Assembly (NCBI GenBank): GCA_946628315.1
Contig: CAMOWH010000001.1
Location: forward strand, 939 to 64,938
Direction of reading: 5' to 3'
Source of the DNA: an uncultured Prevotella sp.
GTDB taxonomy: Bacteria > Bacteroidota > Bacteroidia > Bacteroidales > Bacteroidaceae
Length of the DNA stretch: 64,000 nt
Shown here: positions 56,035 to 64,000 of the stretch, one piece after another
How the letters are laid out: every line of letters begins with the position of its first letter
Numbering within the stretch: the first letter of the stretch is position 1
Translations under genes and position numbers: made by a program
Notes under the pieces: model-generated
What the model was told of the DNA's origin: nothing
What the model saw: the letters and a program-made list of their open reading frames with translations, nothing else
Databases searched by the model: none

Positions 56035-59000
56035 ATGAATCGCACATGTAGATTTCTAAAAAGAATCCTTGGGGTAGTGCTTCTGCTTTGTATGCTTCCT
56101 ATAGGAACGTACGCGCAGAAGATTACCGTGAAGGGTACTGTAAGTGCAGCTGACGGGCCCGTCATCGGAGCCACCGTCAAAGTGAAAGGAGCTCAGGGTG
56201 GTACCATTACCGACTATGACGGTAACTACACCATTGACGCTCAGTCTAACTCAACACTTGTCTTCAGCTATGTAGGCTATCAGACTCAGGAAGTCAAAGT
56301 TGCAGGCAAGAGAACTATCAACGTTACGCTCTTGGAAGACGAAGCTCTTCTGAACGAAGTGGTGGTGGTCGGTTACGGTACGATGCGTAAGTCGGACCTG
56401 ACGGGTGCCGTCACACAGGTGGACAACAAGGCCTTCGAGAAGTCCGTCACCACCAGCATTGACCAGGTACTGCAGGGTCGTGCCGCCGGTGTCCAGATTC
56501 AGGCCAACACCGGTACGCCTGGTGGTTCCAGCACCATCCGCATCCGTGGTACCAACTCGCTGAACGCCTCCAGCCAGCCTATCTTCGTCATTGACGGTGT
56601 CATCATCGACTCAGACGGCGGCGACAACGGTAACTCGAACCCGCTGGCAGGCATCAACCCCTCGGACATCCTGACGATGGACATTCTGAAGGACGCATCG
56701 GCTACAGCTATTTATGGTTCGCGCGCAAGTAATGGTGTCATCATGATTACCACCAAGCGCGGTAAAGCCGGCGAGGCTCTGCTGACCTATGACGGCTACG
56801 TAGGCTGGCAGCAGATGCCCAAGAAACTGGACGTCATGAACCTGCGCCAGTATGCCGAACAGAACAACGCCATTGCCGATGCCCAGATCAAGACCCACAG
56901 CGGCACCTATATCCGCCCGGAACTGCTGGGTGAAGGTACCGACTGGCAGGACGAGATGTTCAAGACGGCCTTCATGACCAACCACAGTCTGTCGCTGACA
57001 GGCGGTACAGAGAAGACCACCTACGCCATCAGCGCCGGCTACCTGAAACAAGACGGTATTGCCTTGAACACAGGTTTCCGCCGCCAGACCATCCGTGGTA
57101 ACATTGACACGGAACTGAAGAAGTGGCTCAAGGGCGGCATCTCGTTCTCACTGTCTGACTCAAGGCAGGAGATGGAGAAGAACTGGGACATCATCAATAC
57201 AGCCCTGCGCTCGCAGCCTTCAGTGGCTGTCCGCAACCCAGACGGTGGCTATGATGGTCCGGATGACCAGTGGATGCCCGAGAATGCCGTGGCACTGGCT
57301 GAAATCAAGACCAACTATGCCAAGCGCCTCAACTTCCGCATCAACACTTATCTGGAAACTACGCTCTACAAGGGCCTGACCTTGAAGACCGAACTCTCTA
57401 CCGACTATAACCTGAACAAGACGAAGACTTATACTCCAGACTACAAGTTCGGTGTCAAGGAGAGTACCCAGCGCGACGGTGCGTGGTACAAGAACGACAC
57501 GAAATACTGGTCGTGGCGTAACATCCTGACCTACAACGGCACCTTCGCACAGAAGCATAACATCAACGCCATGATTGGTCAGGAAATGAGCGAGAGTTAC
57601 TGGGAGAATTTTGCCGTGGCCAACTCTGGCTACCTGTCCAACTCGGTGACGGATATCATTGCCGGTGAGACGACAGGCAACAATATCAACCTGACACAAG
57701 GTAACCAAGACCGCAACAGCCTATTCTCATATTTCGGCCGCGTACTCTATAACTATGACGACCGCTACTTGCTGACGGCTACGCTACGTCGCGACGGTTC
57801 CAGCAAGTTCATCGGCGACAACCGCTGGGGCTGGTTCCCCTCTGCAGCTCTCGCCTGGCGTGCCTCGCAGGAGGAATTCCTGAAGGATAACAAGATTGTC
57901 AACAACCTGAAGTTACGCTTAGGCTGGGGTGCTACAGGTAACCAAAACGTGGCTAACTGGATGGGCGATGCCATGCTTCGTAACTACACCACTACATGGG
58001 GTGTGGGCGTACTGAATGCTAACAATGCCAATGCCGATCTGAAATGGGAGACCACCTATTCGACCAACATCGGTTTCGACCTCTCGCTGTTCCATAGCCG
58101 CATCGACGTCGTGTTCGACTGGTACTACAAGAAGACCAAGGACTTGCTCATGATCAAGGATATTCCCGCCTTTGGCGGTTCCGGTGCCGGCAGCAAATAC
58201 GGCGTGGCCAGCAACCCGTGGGCTAACGTAGGTAGTCTGCGCAATACGGGTATCGAGATTACCGTCAACACGGTGAACATCGAGAACAAGGACTTCTCAT
58301 GGCGTTCGAACATCGTGTTCTCGCTGAACCGCAACAAGGTAACGGAACTTGACTCTGAGAGCGGCAGCCTGCCCCAAACCCTGCAGATTGGTTCTGAGAC
58401 TGCCACTGTCACCAATACCGTAGTGGGTGAGCCTATCGGCCAGTTCTGGGGCTACAAGGTCATCGGCCGCTTCGACAAACCCGAGGACTTCTACTACAAG
58501 GATGCCGACGGTAACATCAAGCCTGTGGCACTGCCTGAGGGTGCTTCGATAGCCACCTCGCCCACATCGGGCGGCATCTTTATCGGCGACTACATCTATG
58601 CCGACATCGACAACAACGGTGTAATCGACAACAATGACCAGACCTTCATCGGCAACCCTGAGCCTAAATTCACTTGGGGCTTCGGCAACACTTTCTCCTA
58701 TAAAGGCTTCGACCTGAGTTTCCAGTTCAGCGGTTCTTATGGCAACAAGGTGATGAACTACCAGCGCCGCTTCCTGGACATCACAGGTTCTACAGCCAAC
58801 CAGCTGACCACCGTGCTTGACTATGCACGTCTGGCCAAGTACGAGGCCGATGGTCCTGACGACTATCGTAACTACTACGTGACAAACCCGGGTACCAACA
58901 TGCCCCGTCTGTCGACTGAGAGTGGTGTCAACAAGAACAACCGCGTCAGCGACGCCTACGTGGAGGACGGTTCGTACATCCGCCTACAGAATGTATCTTT

Positions 59001-59214
59001 GTCTTACACGCTGCCCCGCAAGCTGATTCAGAAGGTCTATCTGACCAATGCTAAGATTTACTGCAACATCCAGAACCTCTTCACCATCACCAAGTACGAC
59101 GGTTTCGATCCTGAGGTGGGTTCACTGCGCGGCAATGCATTGCTGAACGGTGTTGACTACAGCCGCTATCCCTCACCTCGTATTTATACCATTGGTGTGA
59201 ACTTGCAGTTCTGA
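56035..59214 (+). CDS. SusC/RagA TonB-dependent transporter
   Basis: EVVVVGYG, LKDASATAIYGSRASNGVIMITTKRG, LKWETT, C-terminal Phe. Confidence 0.96.
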   Translation: MNRTCRFLKRILGVVLLLCMLPIGTYAQKITVKGTVSAADGPVIGATVKVKGAQGGTITDYDGNYTIDAQSNSTLVFSYVGYQTQEVKVAGKRTINVTLLEDEALLNEVVVVGYGTMRKSDLTGAVTQVDNKAFEKSVTTSIDQVLQGRAAGVQIQANTGTPGGSSTIRIRGTNSLNASSQPIFVIDGVIIDSDGGDNGNSNPLAGINPSDILTMDILKDASATAIYGSRASNGVIMITTKRGKAGEALLTYDGYVGWQQMPKKLDVMNLRQYAEQNNAIADAQIKTHSGTYIRPELLGEGTDWQDEMFKTAFMTNHSLSLTGGTEKTTYAISAGYLKQDGIALNTGFRRQTIRGNIDTELKKWLKGGISFSLSDSRQEMEKNWDIINTALRSQPSVAVRNPDGGYDGPDDQWMPENAVALAEIKTNYAKRLNFRINTYLETTLYKGLTLKTELSTDYNLNKTKTYTPDYKFGVKESTQRDGAWYKNDTKYWSWRNILTYNGTFAQKHNINAMIGQEMSESYWENFAVANSGYLSNSVTDIIAGETTGNNINLTQGNQDRNSLFSYFGRVLYNYDDRYLLTATLRRDGSSKFIGDNRWGWFPSAALAWRASQEEFLKDNKIVNNLKLRLGWGATGNQNVANWMGDAMLRNYTTTWGVGVLNANNANADLKWETTYSTNIGFDLSLFHSRIDVVFDWYYKKTKDLLMIKDIPAFGGSGAGSKYGVASNPWANVGSLRNTGIEITVNTVNIENKDFSWRSNIVFSLNRNKVTELDSESGSLPQTLQIGSETATVTNTVVGEPIGQFWGYKVIGRFDKPEDFYYKDADGNIKPVALPEGASIATSPTSGGIFIGDYIYADIDNNGVIDNNDQTFIGNPEPKFTWGFGNTFSYKGFDLSFQFSGSYGNKVMNYQRRFLDITGSTANQLTTVLDYARLAKYEADGPDDYRNYYVTNPGTNMPRLSTESGVNKNNRVSDAYVEDGSYIRLQNVSLSYTLPRKLIQKVYLTNAKIYCNIQNLFTITKYDGFDPEVGSLRGNALLNGVDYSRYPSPRIYTIGVNLQF

Positions 59215-59252
59215 TAAAGGCAAAAAAGTAAAAAACAACAAAGTAAAAAACT

Positions 59253-61016
59253 ATGAAAACAAATATATTCAATAAGGTAAGGACTCTGGCGAAAGCGGTA
59301 TTACCCTTTTACCTTTTTACCGTTTTACCTTTACTGACAAGCTGTGCCGAGGACTTTCTGGACCAGAAGAACACCTACCAGTTGTCACAAAGCAATTTCT
59401 TCTCGAGTGACGATGCCGTGTCACAGGCCATCATCCCGCTCTACAGCCACGTATGGTACGACTTCAACGACAAGTTCTACTACGGCATGGGCGACGGACG
59501 CGCCAACAACATCACGGCCCAGTACTCTGACTATATCTATCCCTACACTAACTTTACCGAGACAGGTCTGTCTACAGGTCTGACCGAGGCGTGGGGTGCT
59601 CTCTATTCCGTTGTAGCTCAGTCGAACAACTCGCTGAACAACATTGCTAACTTCTCTACAGGTGATGTCTCTGAGACGGCCAAGACACATGGCATTGCCG
59701 AAGCCCGTTTCATGCGCGGCTTGGCCTACTGGTATATTGCCTCATTGTGGGGTTGCGCTATCATCTACGACAACACGCAGACCGTTATCAATAATTATGT
59801 GGTTAGCCCCTCTCGCATGACCGACGCCATGGAGTTTGCCATCCGCGACATGGAGTATGCTGCCGTCAACCTGCCCGCCACGTCGCCAGCAGCAGGGCGT
59901 GTCAACAAGTATGCTGCCTACGGCATGCTGTCGCGCTTCTACCTGTCAATGGCCGGTCTGACCACCAGCGGCCGCTATGACGGCACCAACATCCAGACCA
60001 ACTTCATCAGCGGCACCCGCAACAACTACTATCTGGATGCTGCCAGAAAGGCTGCTGCCAAGGTCATCACCGAAGGCCCATACAAGTTGACTGACACCTA
60101 CGCCGAGCTCTTCGCTGCCTCAACCTTCAACAACAACAGTGAGAGCATCTTCCAGCTGCAGTTCCAGGCTGGTGCTTCCAGCGGTCTGGCCCAGTCGATG
60201 ACTCGCTTCCTGGCGTGGAGCACACAGGTCAATCAGGGCAACTCATGGGGTGGCTCCACCTATTGCTCTTACGACCTGTGGGAGGAGTTCAAGGAGTATG
60301 ACGACCCGACCTTAGGCACAGTCATTGACGACGCCATCCGCCGCCACAACTGCGTGGCCTCCTATGGCGAGTCCTATCCTGAGCTGTCGGCCACCGACAA
60401 TCCATACGTCTATGGCGAGTCGGAGAATGCAGGTTCTCAGGGTGCCAACATCAAGAAGTATGTCATTGGTACCAATGCCGTCAACGGCTTTGCCGTCAAC
60501 AACAACTCTGGCATCAACACCTACATGATGCGCTTGGCCGAGGTCTACTTGAACTATGCAGAGGCCGTACTCGGCAACAACAGCACCACTACCGATGCCC
60601 AGGCTCTGCAGTACTTCAACGCTCTGCGCAGCCGTGCCGGGGTTCCCGCCAAGACAAAGATTGGCTATGAGGACATCCGCCACGAGTTCCGTGTCGAGAC
60701 GGCTTTCGAGGGCCTCTACTGGTTCTTCCTCGTGCGTCGCGGCTACTACCAGCAGCAGGAGGTGGTCAACTACGTCAACAACCAGTACCGCAATGCCAGC
60801 TACTACACCGCTTCTACCCACGAGTACAAGCTGTCAGACTCTTACAGCAAGCCTGGTCCCAGTGTTGCCGTTGCCACTGCACGCAACCTGACGCTGCCCA
60901 TTGCCGACACCGACCAGACCAAGAATCCGCTGCTGAAGCCCGATACCGACGGCAACATTGCCACTGTTGCCTACGAGTTTGGCGAGCGTGAGGTCACGGA
61001 TGCAGAGCTGTTTTAA
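59253..61016 (+). CDS. SusD/RagB lipoprotein
   Basis: Lipobox LTSC, EARFMRGLAY, MRLAEVYLNYAEA, ETAFEG; follows susC. Confidence 0.94.
   Translation: MKTNIFNKVRTLAKAVLPFYLFTVLPLLTSCAEDFLDQKNTYQLSQSNFFSSDDAVSQAIIPLYSHVWYDFNDKFYYGMGDGRANNITAQYSDYIYPYTNFTETGLSTGLTEAWGALYSVVAQSNNSLNNIANFSTGDVSETAKTHGIAEARFMRGLAYWYIASLWGCAIIYDNTQTVINNYVVSPSRMTDAMEFAIRDMEYAAVNLPATSPAAGRVNKYAAYGMLSRFYLSMAGLTTSGRYDGTNIQTNFISGTRNNYYLDAARKAAAKVITEGPYKLTDTYAELFAASTFNNNSESIFQLQFQAGASSGLAQSMTRFLAWSTQVNQGNSWGGSTYCSYDLWEEFKEYDDPTLGTVIDDAIRRHNCVASYGESYPELSATDNPYVYGESENAGSQGANIKKYVIGTNAVNGFAVNNNSGINTYMMRLAEVYLNYAEAVLGNNSTTTDAQALQYFNALRSRAGVPAKTKIGYEDIRHEFRVETAFEGLYWFFLVRRGYYQQQEVVNYVNNQYRNASYYTASTHEYKLSDSYSKPGPSVAVATARNLTLPIADTDQTKNPLLKPDTDGNIATVAYEFGEREVTDAELF
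59301..59332. repeat. Octamer repeat TTACCNTT x4 within the SusD signal peptide
   Basis: ttaccctt ttaccttt ttaccgtt ttaccttt encodes LPFYLFTVLPL. Confidence 0.85.
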
Positions 61017-61048
61017 AAGGTAAAAAAGTAAAAAGGTAAAAAAGTAAA
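61017..61048. repeat. Octamer repeat AA(G/A)GTAAA x4
   Basis: Fills most of the susD-SGBP gap. Confidence 0.9.
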
Positions 61049-61054
61049 ACGATT

Positions 61055-62455
61055 ATGAAAGCTACAAGATATTTCATGATGCTGTGCTTAGCTGTAGCAG
61101 CCTTCGGCTTCACCGCCTGTAAGGATGACGACGATTCCGGCTCGGCACAGATGACAATAGACAAGGTGTTCCTTGAGAACATCGACGACAAAGTCAACAA
61201 GGACCGCGAGGTAGACTTTGCCCGCTTGGGCCAGCTGCTGCGCATTCAGGGCTCGGGTTTCACCGGCCTGAAGAAAATCTATATCAACGGCTACGAGACC
61301 TACTTCAACAACGCCCTGATGACCGACAACAACGTGTGGGTGACGCTGAACAGCAAGACTCCTGTAGACAAAGCAGAGGAAAGTGTACGCAATACGATTG
61401 TCTTCTACAAGAGTGACAGCAACCGTCTGGTGTATGAATTTACCATCCGGGCTGCAGCCCCCAGCATCACCAACTGTGACAACACCCTGCCCAAGGCTGG
61501 CGAGACGGTGACCGTCTATGGCAGCAACTTGCAGGAGACCACCAAGGTGACGCTGCCTGACGGTACCGTTGTTGAGAGCGGCATCATCACCGACGAGGAC
61601 GGCGAGTGGTACTCATTCACCGTACCAGCAAATGCCGACCTTAGCGTGGCAGGCTCGCTGACCAGCGAGGGTGCCAACGGAACGGCTGTGACTCCCGCCT
61701 ACTTCAACGACTTCCGCAGCTTCATCACCGACTTCGACGGCAAGGGCGAGCTGGGTTCATGGAGTGCCACCTACGGCAGTGAAGACCTCGTGGACGACCC
61801 GCTGGGTACAGGCCGCGGCAAGGTGGCCATGCTGGTGCCCAACGTGAAGCTCGACGCTGGCGGCTTGGATGCTGGCTCGAATGCCCTGCTGTGGGCAACG
61901 GCTGGCAACGACAATGCCAACGATGACTGGTCGCGCATGTACAGCTACATCCCCGAGACCACCAACGCCTCAAATCTGGCTATCCAGTTCGACATCTACT
62001 GCCCTGAGGCATGGGATCTGAGCGGACAGCTGGAAATCTCGCTGCTCAACAACCTGTCGAACTACGGATACGGCTCCGGCTGCACCAAGTACAGTGCACA
62101 GTACACCAACGTGGCTACCGTCTGGGTGCCTTGGTTCAATGCCGCCGACGGCACACACGCTGCCTGGACGACGGGTGAGCGCTGGCAGACTGTCACCATC
62201 CCCATGACAGCCTTCGGTAACTACGATGCTGCTGAGAATCCTGACGCCACGCTGAAGAACGTCACCGACGACCGCAATGCCGGCTCGTACAAGAACCTCG
62301 TATTCCTGTTCTGCAACAGCGACTTGGAGGACGAAGCTCTAGGTGTCAAGTATCCTGCAAGCCTCTTCACTCAGAAGATCTATATTGACAACCTGCGTGT
62401 CGTGAACACTACCGCCATCCCGGTAAGCGACTTCGACGACGAAACAGAAGAATAA
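61055..62455 (+). CDS. Surface glycan-binding lipoprotein with Ig/IPT-like domains (SusE-position)
   Basis: Lipobox FTAC followed by KDDDD, IPT-like repeats, Trp-rich C-terminal domain ending IDNLRV; after susD. Confidence 0.8.
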   Translation: MKATRYFMMLCLAVAAFGFTACKDDDDSGSAQMTIDKVFLENIDDKVNKDREVDFARLGQLLRIQGSGFTGLKKIYINGYETYFNNALMTDNNVWVTLNSKTPVDKAEESVRNTIVFYKSDSNRLVYEFTIRAAAPSITNCDNTLPKAGETVTVYGSNLQETTKVTLPDGTVVESGIITDEDGEWYSFTVPANADLSVAGSLTSEGANGTAVTPAYFNDFRSFITDFDGKGELGSWSATYGSEDLVDDPLGTGRGKVAMLVPNVKLDAGGLDAGSNALLWATAGNDNANDDWSRMYSYIPETTNASNLAIQFDIYCPEAWDLSGQLEISLLNNLSNYGYGSGCTKYSAQYTNVATVWVPWFNAADGTHAAWTTGERWQTVTIPMTAFGNYDAAENPDATLKNVTDDRNAGSYKNLVFLFCNSDLEDEALGVKYPASLFTQKIYIDNLRVVNTTAIPVSDFDDETEE

Positions 62456-62476
62456 CCACTAAAACGTATATTCATT

Positions 62477-64000
62477 ATGAAAATCAATCAAATCATATTA
62501 CCAGTAGTAGCATCGTCGATGCTGCTCACTGGGTGCAAAGACCAGATAATGGAGTGGAACACACCCGAAGGTCACAATAGCATCACTAAGACTGAGATAC
62601 CCCTCGAAGTGAAAGAGGTGCTGGCCAACTATGACGCTATCAAGACCTATGCTGCTGAGAACCACTCCAACATGGTGCTCGGTCTGGGTGTAGGCAAGGA
62701 CATCTATATGGGCGAGGACGGCCGCCATGAGTTGTCCAAGGAAAACTTCCAGATGGTGACCTGGGGCAATGCCATGAAGATGGATGCCCTGATGAAGAGC
62801 AATGGCGACCTGAACTTTGCCAATCTGGACCCGGCGCTCGATGCCCTCAAAGAGGACGGCCTGAGGCTCTACGGTCACAACTTCTTCTGGCACACCCAGC
62901 AACAGCAGGGCTACCTGCGTTCGGTCATTGCCCCGAAGATGATCCTGCCAGAACAGGATGGTGACAAGTGCGAGAACGTGATTACCAACTCTGACTTCGA
63001 AGGTGGTAACGATGCCGGTTGGACGGGTTGGTCTCACTATTCGCGTAGCGTGGTTGAGGGTGGACATGAGAGCAAGTATGCCCTGAAATGCGCTATGGAT
63101 GGCGAGACTTCGGTGAACTACGACTGCCAGTTGTGGTGGCCGTTGGCCGAGAACCTGAAAGAGGGTGTGACCTACTATTACGGTGTGTGGGTCAAGTCGC
63201 CTGACAACATCAACGTGCAGTTCATCGGCCAGAATGCCAGCTACAGCGGTCTCTACAAGGGCACTGTCACTGCTACTAACGAGTGGACCTTGCTGGAAGG
63301 CGAGTTCACCTATGAAGGCAATCCGGCTGACGTAGTGCGCATCGGTCTGCAGTTTGGCGGTACTCCTAACTCGGTTGTCTATGTGGACGACTTCCAGTTC
63401 GGCAAGAAGGTGGAAGACCCGATGGAGAACATCATCACCAACAGTAACTTCGACGATGGTAACGATACCGGATGGACGGGTTGGAGCCACTATGCCCGCA
63501 CCGTAGAGGAAGGCGGACACAGCGGCAAGTATGCCCTGAAATGTACGATGGATGGTGAGACGGCGCAGAACTGGGACTGCCAGTTGTGGTGGCCGCTGGC
63601 TGAAAACCTGCAGGCAGGTACCATCTACAGTTACTCGTTCTACATCAAGTCACCTGATGCTGTCGTGGCACAGTTTATCGGTCAGAATGCCAGTTACAGT
63701 GGCCTGTATAAGTCATCATTCACGGCTCCTGAGGAATGGCTGAAGTGTGAGGGAGAATTCACCTACGACGGCAACCCAGCCGATGTAGTGCGCATCGGTC
63801 TGCAGTTTGGCGGTAAGCCTAACTCGGTATTGTGGGTAGATGACTTCAAGTTCGGAAAGAAGAAAGACCAGACACCCGCTGCTGCACCTCGTCGTGCCGG
63901 AGGCATCACCTTCGAGGCAAAGACGGCTGAGGAGAAGGCCGCCGCCCTGACAGAGGTCATGGAGAACTGGATCAAGGGTGTTGCTACCCACTTGGCCGAG
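62477..64000 (+). CDS. GH10 endo-xylanase lipoprotein interrupted by two tandem CBM4-like modules (3' truncated)
   Basis: Not in the ORF track because it is open at the window end. MKINQIILPVVASSMLLTGC lipobox, GNAMK, GHNFFWHTQ, two 151-aa NSDFE...DDF repeats, then GH10 resumes (MENWIKGV). Confidence 0.88.
   Translation, partial: MKINQIILPVVASSMLLTGCKDQIMEWNTPEGHNSITKTEIPLEVKEVLANYDAIKTYAAENHSNMVLGLGVGKDIYMGEDGRHELSKENFQMVTWGNAMKMDALMKSNGDLNFANLDPALDALKEDGLRLYGHNFFWHTQQQQGYLRSVIAPKMILPEQDGDKCENVITNSDFEGGNDAGWTGWSHYSRSVVEGGHESKYALKCAMDGETSVNYDCQLWWPLAENLKEGVTYYYGVWVKSPDNINVQFIGQNASYSGLYKGTVTATNEWTLLEGEFTYEGNPADVVRIGLQFGGTPNSVVYVDDFQFGKKVEDPMENIITNSNFDDGNDTGWTGWSHYARTVEEGGHSGKYALKCTMDGETAQNWDCQLWWPLAENLQAGTIYSYSFYIKSPDAVVAQFIGQNASYSGLYKSSFTAPEEWLKCEGEFTYDGNPADVVRIGLQFGGKPNSVLWVDDFKFGKKKDQTPAAAPRRAGGITFEAKTAEEKAAALTEVMENWIKGVATHLAE

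Noticed and set aside
62498-63520. 340-aa minus-strand ORF with an internal repeat
   Set aside because: Antisense to the GH10 gene, which the track missed because it lacks a stop in the window

Overview
A 64-kb chromosomal segment from a Bacteroidales bacterium, most likely Prevotella-like. This is inferred from TAnnTTTG promoters, gene order and a SusC/SusD locus. Positions 1-46 kb are mostly core genome: pta (partial), cdaA, folP, a ComEA-like gene, two NSS transporters, prfB, an acyl-CoA ligase, the envC/DUF4292/TPR/dut operon, dgt, the glycine-lipid acyltransferase pair, the dcw cluster (mraZ to ftsZ), a U32 protein, sufE and two histidine phosphatases. A small accessory module sits at 15.8-19.9 kb (membrane wHTH regulator, DUF2723, DUF3098). 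Positions 46-64 kb are a xylan/glucuronoxylan PUL: GH3, a kinase-less HTCS-like regulator, GH67, a GH35-like gene, SusC, SusD, a surface glycan-binding protein and a CBM-interrupted GH10 that runs off the end. I saw no rRNA, tRNA, CRISPR array or transposase. The most unusual signal is a ~33-bp repeat, TGCA..GCCACA followed by a CTC..GAG hairpin. It occurs at least seven times, six of them inside open coding sequences, in both orientations and several frames. Other palindromic and 7-9-bp tandem repeats have also been absorbed in frame into proteins. All calls come from reading the sequence by eye; no searches were run.
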